Below are positions 60,715-64,000 of a stretch of DNA of 64,000 bases, one piece after another. Source of the DNA: Basidiobolus meristosporus CBS 931.73 (Eukaryota > Fungi > Basidiobolomycota); the NCBI GenBank assembly GCA_002104905.1, contig MCFE01000018.1:62001-126000 (forward strand). Direction: 5' to 3'. A model generated the notes under the pieces. The model made no database searches. It saw only the letters and a list, made by a program, of their open reading frames with translations, and was not told the DNA's origin. The stretch's first letter is position 1; every line of letters starts with the position of its first letter. Position numbers and translations under genes: made by a program.

Positions 60715-61889
60715 ATGGTCAAATCTCTTCTGAAGTGCTCTCTCGTTGCCCTTTACTTGGGCATCGCTAACGCGCAAGACGATGGCAATGGCTTCGTCTT
60801 CAAGTGCGACAAACCCGGCGACTTTGCTTTGACTTTTGATGATGGTATGCTTCCCTTCGACACCTCTTGACTGCTCCAAATTCTAAATTCGATATTCTTT
60901 CATCTGCTACAGGCCCAAGCGAATATACTGGAGATCTGCTTAACATCTTGAGCGAGAAAGGGGTGAAGGCCACTTTTTTCGTCCTGGGAAGCCGGGTGGC
61001 TCAAGGCGACATCGGCCACTTCCTCAAGCAGACCTATGATGCTGGCCACCAGATTGCATCCCACACATATGATCACTTGGACTTGAGTAGTCTCAGCGTC
61101 GACAAGATCAGACAACAGATGCTGGACACCGAGGCCGAGATCAAGAAGCGCACCGGGGTTACTCCTGCCATGATGAGGCCCCCATATGGAAACTGCAACG
61201 ACAGATGCCAATCTGTAATGAAGGACCTTGGCTACACTGTAGTCCAGTGGAATGTCGACTCTGATGACTGGAAATATATGGAGAATCCAGCTCAATACGA
61301 TCAACTCGTGACCAACATCCTGAACAAGATCAATCCCTCGGATTCAAGCAAGGATAGCTGGGTTTCGCTCCAGCATGATATCCACAAGTTCAGTGTTGAG
61401 AGGACTCCAAAGATCATTGACAGCATCAAGGCCAAGGGATACAACTTTGTCACGGTCGCTCAATGCCTCAGTAACAGAGTAGCCGCTTACAAAAATGGTG
61501 TGGTTCCTCCTGTGACCCCCACTATATCCACCTCGGTGTCAACTCCTAGCCCCTCGGTCTCCTCCACTACATCTACCACCACTTCCGTACCTGTCAGCTC
61601 GGAAACATCTGTTTCTACCCTCGATTCGTCTGTGACCTCTTCCACAAGTCCTGAGCCTACCTCTTCGACTACCAATTCTACTACTACAATCACCAGTAGC
61701 ATTAGTACCACTAGCACCATTACCTCATCAGCCAGTACCGAATCAACCATTATTATTGAACCTTCGCATACTTCCTCTAGCACATCCACCCTTCCCTCCG
61801 TGGAAGCCCAAGGCAGTGGATCCATTACCTCGCCAATGGTAACTCTAACAGCTCTCGTTACCGTCCTAGGCTTTTTCGCAAAAATTTAG
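60715..61889 (+). CDS. CE4 chitin deacetylase 1: signal peptide, NodB domain, ~100-aa Ser/Thr stalk, GPI-type tail
   Basis: Intron 60845-60912 restores TFDDGP. HTYDH, RPPYG, DSDDW and LQHD motifs intact. Hydrophobic N- and C-termini. Confidence 0.95.
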
Positions 61890-62343
61890 ATCTAGTTCAT
61901 GGTTCATATTGGTTTTAGCATAATTATAATTATAATAAAGGATATTTGAATACCTCAAACAAAATTCTCTGGATGCATAATCGAGTTCATGCCCCATTAG
62001 AAAAATACCACTAATCGCTCATAAGCAAACCAAAGCAAACTGGCTATAATTAGATCGGCATAAATGGTAAAATTGATTTGATTTTGAAGGAACGCTGAGC
62101 AGTCATATATTGACTACCAAAAATGTTCAAATCATTTCTTGCCTGGTACTAGACCTTTCATATGGGGAAGAATGTCTTGGCTGGACTGAGGTTTCTTCAC
62201 ACTAGAGTCCACGCCACACAGCCATATATTCCTGATTTGAAGTTGACAATAACCACTATTTTGAATACTTACCACTGGAAACACATTTATAAAAGACTGT
62301 TTGCTGAAATACGAGTCTTTATACCCATCTCTACCTCGATATT

Positions 62344-63881
62344 ATGACCAAAGCGCTAGTTCATTATGCAGCTCTCGTTACCCTTTACTTGGGCATTGCT
62401 AACGCGCAAGACGATGGCAATGGCTTCGTCTTCAAGTGCGACAAACCCGGCGACTTTGCTTTGACTTTTGATGATGGTATGCTTCCCTTCGACACCTCTT
62501 GACTGCTCCAAATTCTAAATTCGATATTCTTTCATCTGCTACAGGCCCAAGCGAATATACTGGAGATCTGCTTAACATCTTGAGCGAGAAAGGGGTGAAG
62601 GCCACTTTTTTCGTCCTGGGAAGCCGGGTGGCTCAAGGCGACATCGGCCACTTCCTCAAGCAGACCTATGATGCTGGCCACCAGATTGCATCCCACACAT
62701 ATGATCACTTGGACTTGAGTAGTCTCAGCGTCGACAAGATCAGACAACAGATGCTGGACACCGAGGCCGAGATCAAGAAGCGCACCGGGGTTACTCCTGC
62801 CATGATGAGGCCCCCATATGGAAACTGCAACGACAGATGCCAATCTGTAATGAAGGACCTTGGCTACACTGTAGTCCAGTGGAATGTCGACTCTGATGAC
62901 TGGAAATATATGGAGAATCCAGCTCAATACGATCAACTCGTGACCAACATCCTGAACAAGATCAATCCCTCGGATTCAAGCAAGGATAGCTGGGTTTCGC
63001 TCCAGCATGATATCCACAAGTTCAGTGTTGAGAGGACTCCAAAGATCATTGACAGCATCAAGGCCAAGGGATACAACTTTGTCACGGTCGCTCAATGCCT
63101 CAGTAACAGAGTAGCCGCTTACAAAAATGGTGTGGTTCCTCCTGTGACCCCCACCACATCCACCTCGGTGTCAACTCCTAGCCCCTCGGTCACCTCTGCT
63201 ACCTCTACTACCACTAGCATTGAAATTATCCCCTCTACTTCTAGTGAGCCTGTTACCTCTACTCAGCCTACTTCAATTAATGAGCCTACCACTACTGTTA
63301 CCGAGGCAGAAAGCACCACTCAGGAAACACATACCACCGACACATCAAAATCTACTAGCGAGCCTACCACTACTGTTACCGAGGCAGAAAGCACCACTCA
63401 GGAAACACATACCACTGACACATCAAAATCTACTAGCGAGCCTACCACTACTGTTACTGAGGCAGAAAGCACCACTCAGGAAACACATACCACTGACACA
63501 TCAAAATCTATTGGCGAGCCTGTAACCACTAGCAAGCCTGCAGCCACCACCAGTAAGCCCGTAACTACCATAAGCAAGTCCATTTCATCTACCAGCGATT
63601 ATTCAGCCACCACAACTGAGTCCCCTGCCACTGAATCCACACCTGCTAGTACCGAACAATCAACTGAAGCGGAGATTACCCAAACCAAGACATCAATAAC
63701 AAGCAACGCGGAACTCAGCGCCACCAGTGCTTCAACCACTGACCCACTGCCATCATCCACTGAAAGCACGAGCGTCAGCGCACTCGCAACGGAGTTACCT
63801 GAGAATGGTAGTGCTTTTGCTGCACCTCTGAAATACGTATCACTCCTTATCATTTCACTTGGTCTCCTGCAGTCATTGTAA
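62344..63881 (+). CDS. CE4 chitin deacetylase 2: same catalytic head, ~220-aa Ser/Thr stalk, different GPI-type tail
   Basis: MTKALVHYAALVTLYLGIANA signal peptide. Intron 62477-62544. All five CE4 motifs present. Confidence 0.95.
63282..63515 (+). repeat. 3 x 78-bp coding tandem repeat (EPTTTVTEAESTTQETHTTDTSKSTS)
   Basis: Units start at 63282, 63360 and 63438 and are nearly identical. Confidence 0.97.
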
Positions 63882-64000
63882 GCTCAACTACCCTACCTCG
63901 TTAAGGTTAAGCTGTAGTACTGCCATAAATTTCAAAAAGATGCTGAGCATTCAAGATCTGATTTTACACCATATTCAATACACAGTACATGATATCCAAT

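Noticed and set aside
60900-62936. Identical 134-aa antisense ORFs over both deacetylases
   Set aside because: These are shadow ORFs of the coding strand. They are useful only as confirmation that the two heads are nucleotide-identical.

Overview
Eukaryotic genomic DNA, most likely from an early-diverging fungus (inferred from GT-AG introns of about 55-70 nt, chitin deacetylases with GPI-type tails and a GT10 fucosyltransferase). The window has two compartments. About 1-51,000 is a deeply nested, almost CpG-free transposon block. It holds Ty3/Gypsy and Ty1/Copia elements, at least nine solo LTRs with target-site duplications (TSDs), a complete but decayed CMC/EnSpm-type DNA transposon (CCC termini, TAA TSD, two head-to-head ORFs), three copies of a foldback MITE, a Harbinger/IS5-like remnant, and a 3.3-kb Copia-LTR element that carries an unidentified decayed coding sequence instead of gag-pol. 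About 51,000-64,000 is CpG-normal and holds five host genes: a GT10 fucosyltransferase with a C-terminal membrane anchor, a GH31 alpha-glucosidase, an alpha/beta hydrolase, and two tandem chitin deacetylases whose catalytic heads are nucleotide-identical (intron included) but whose Ser/Thr stalks differ. All alignments and counts were done by eye, so boundaries without a TSD are approximate.
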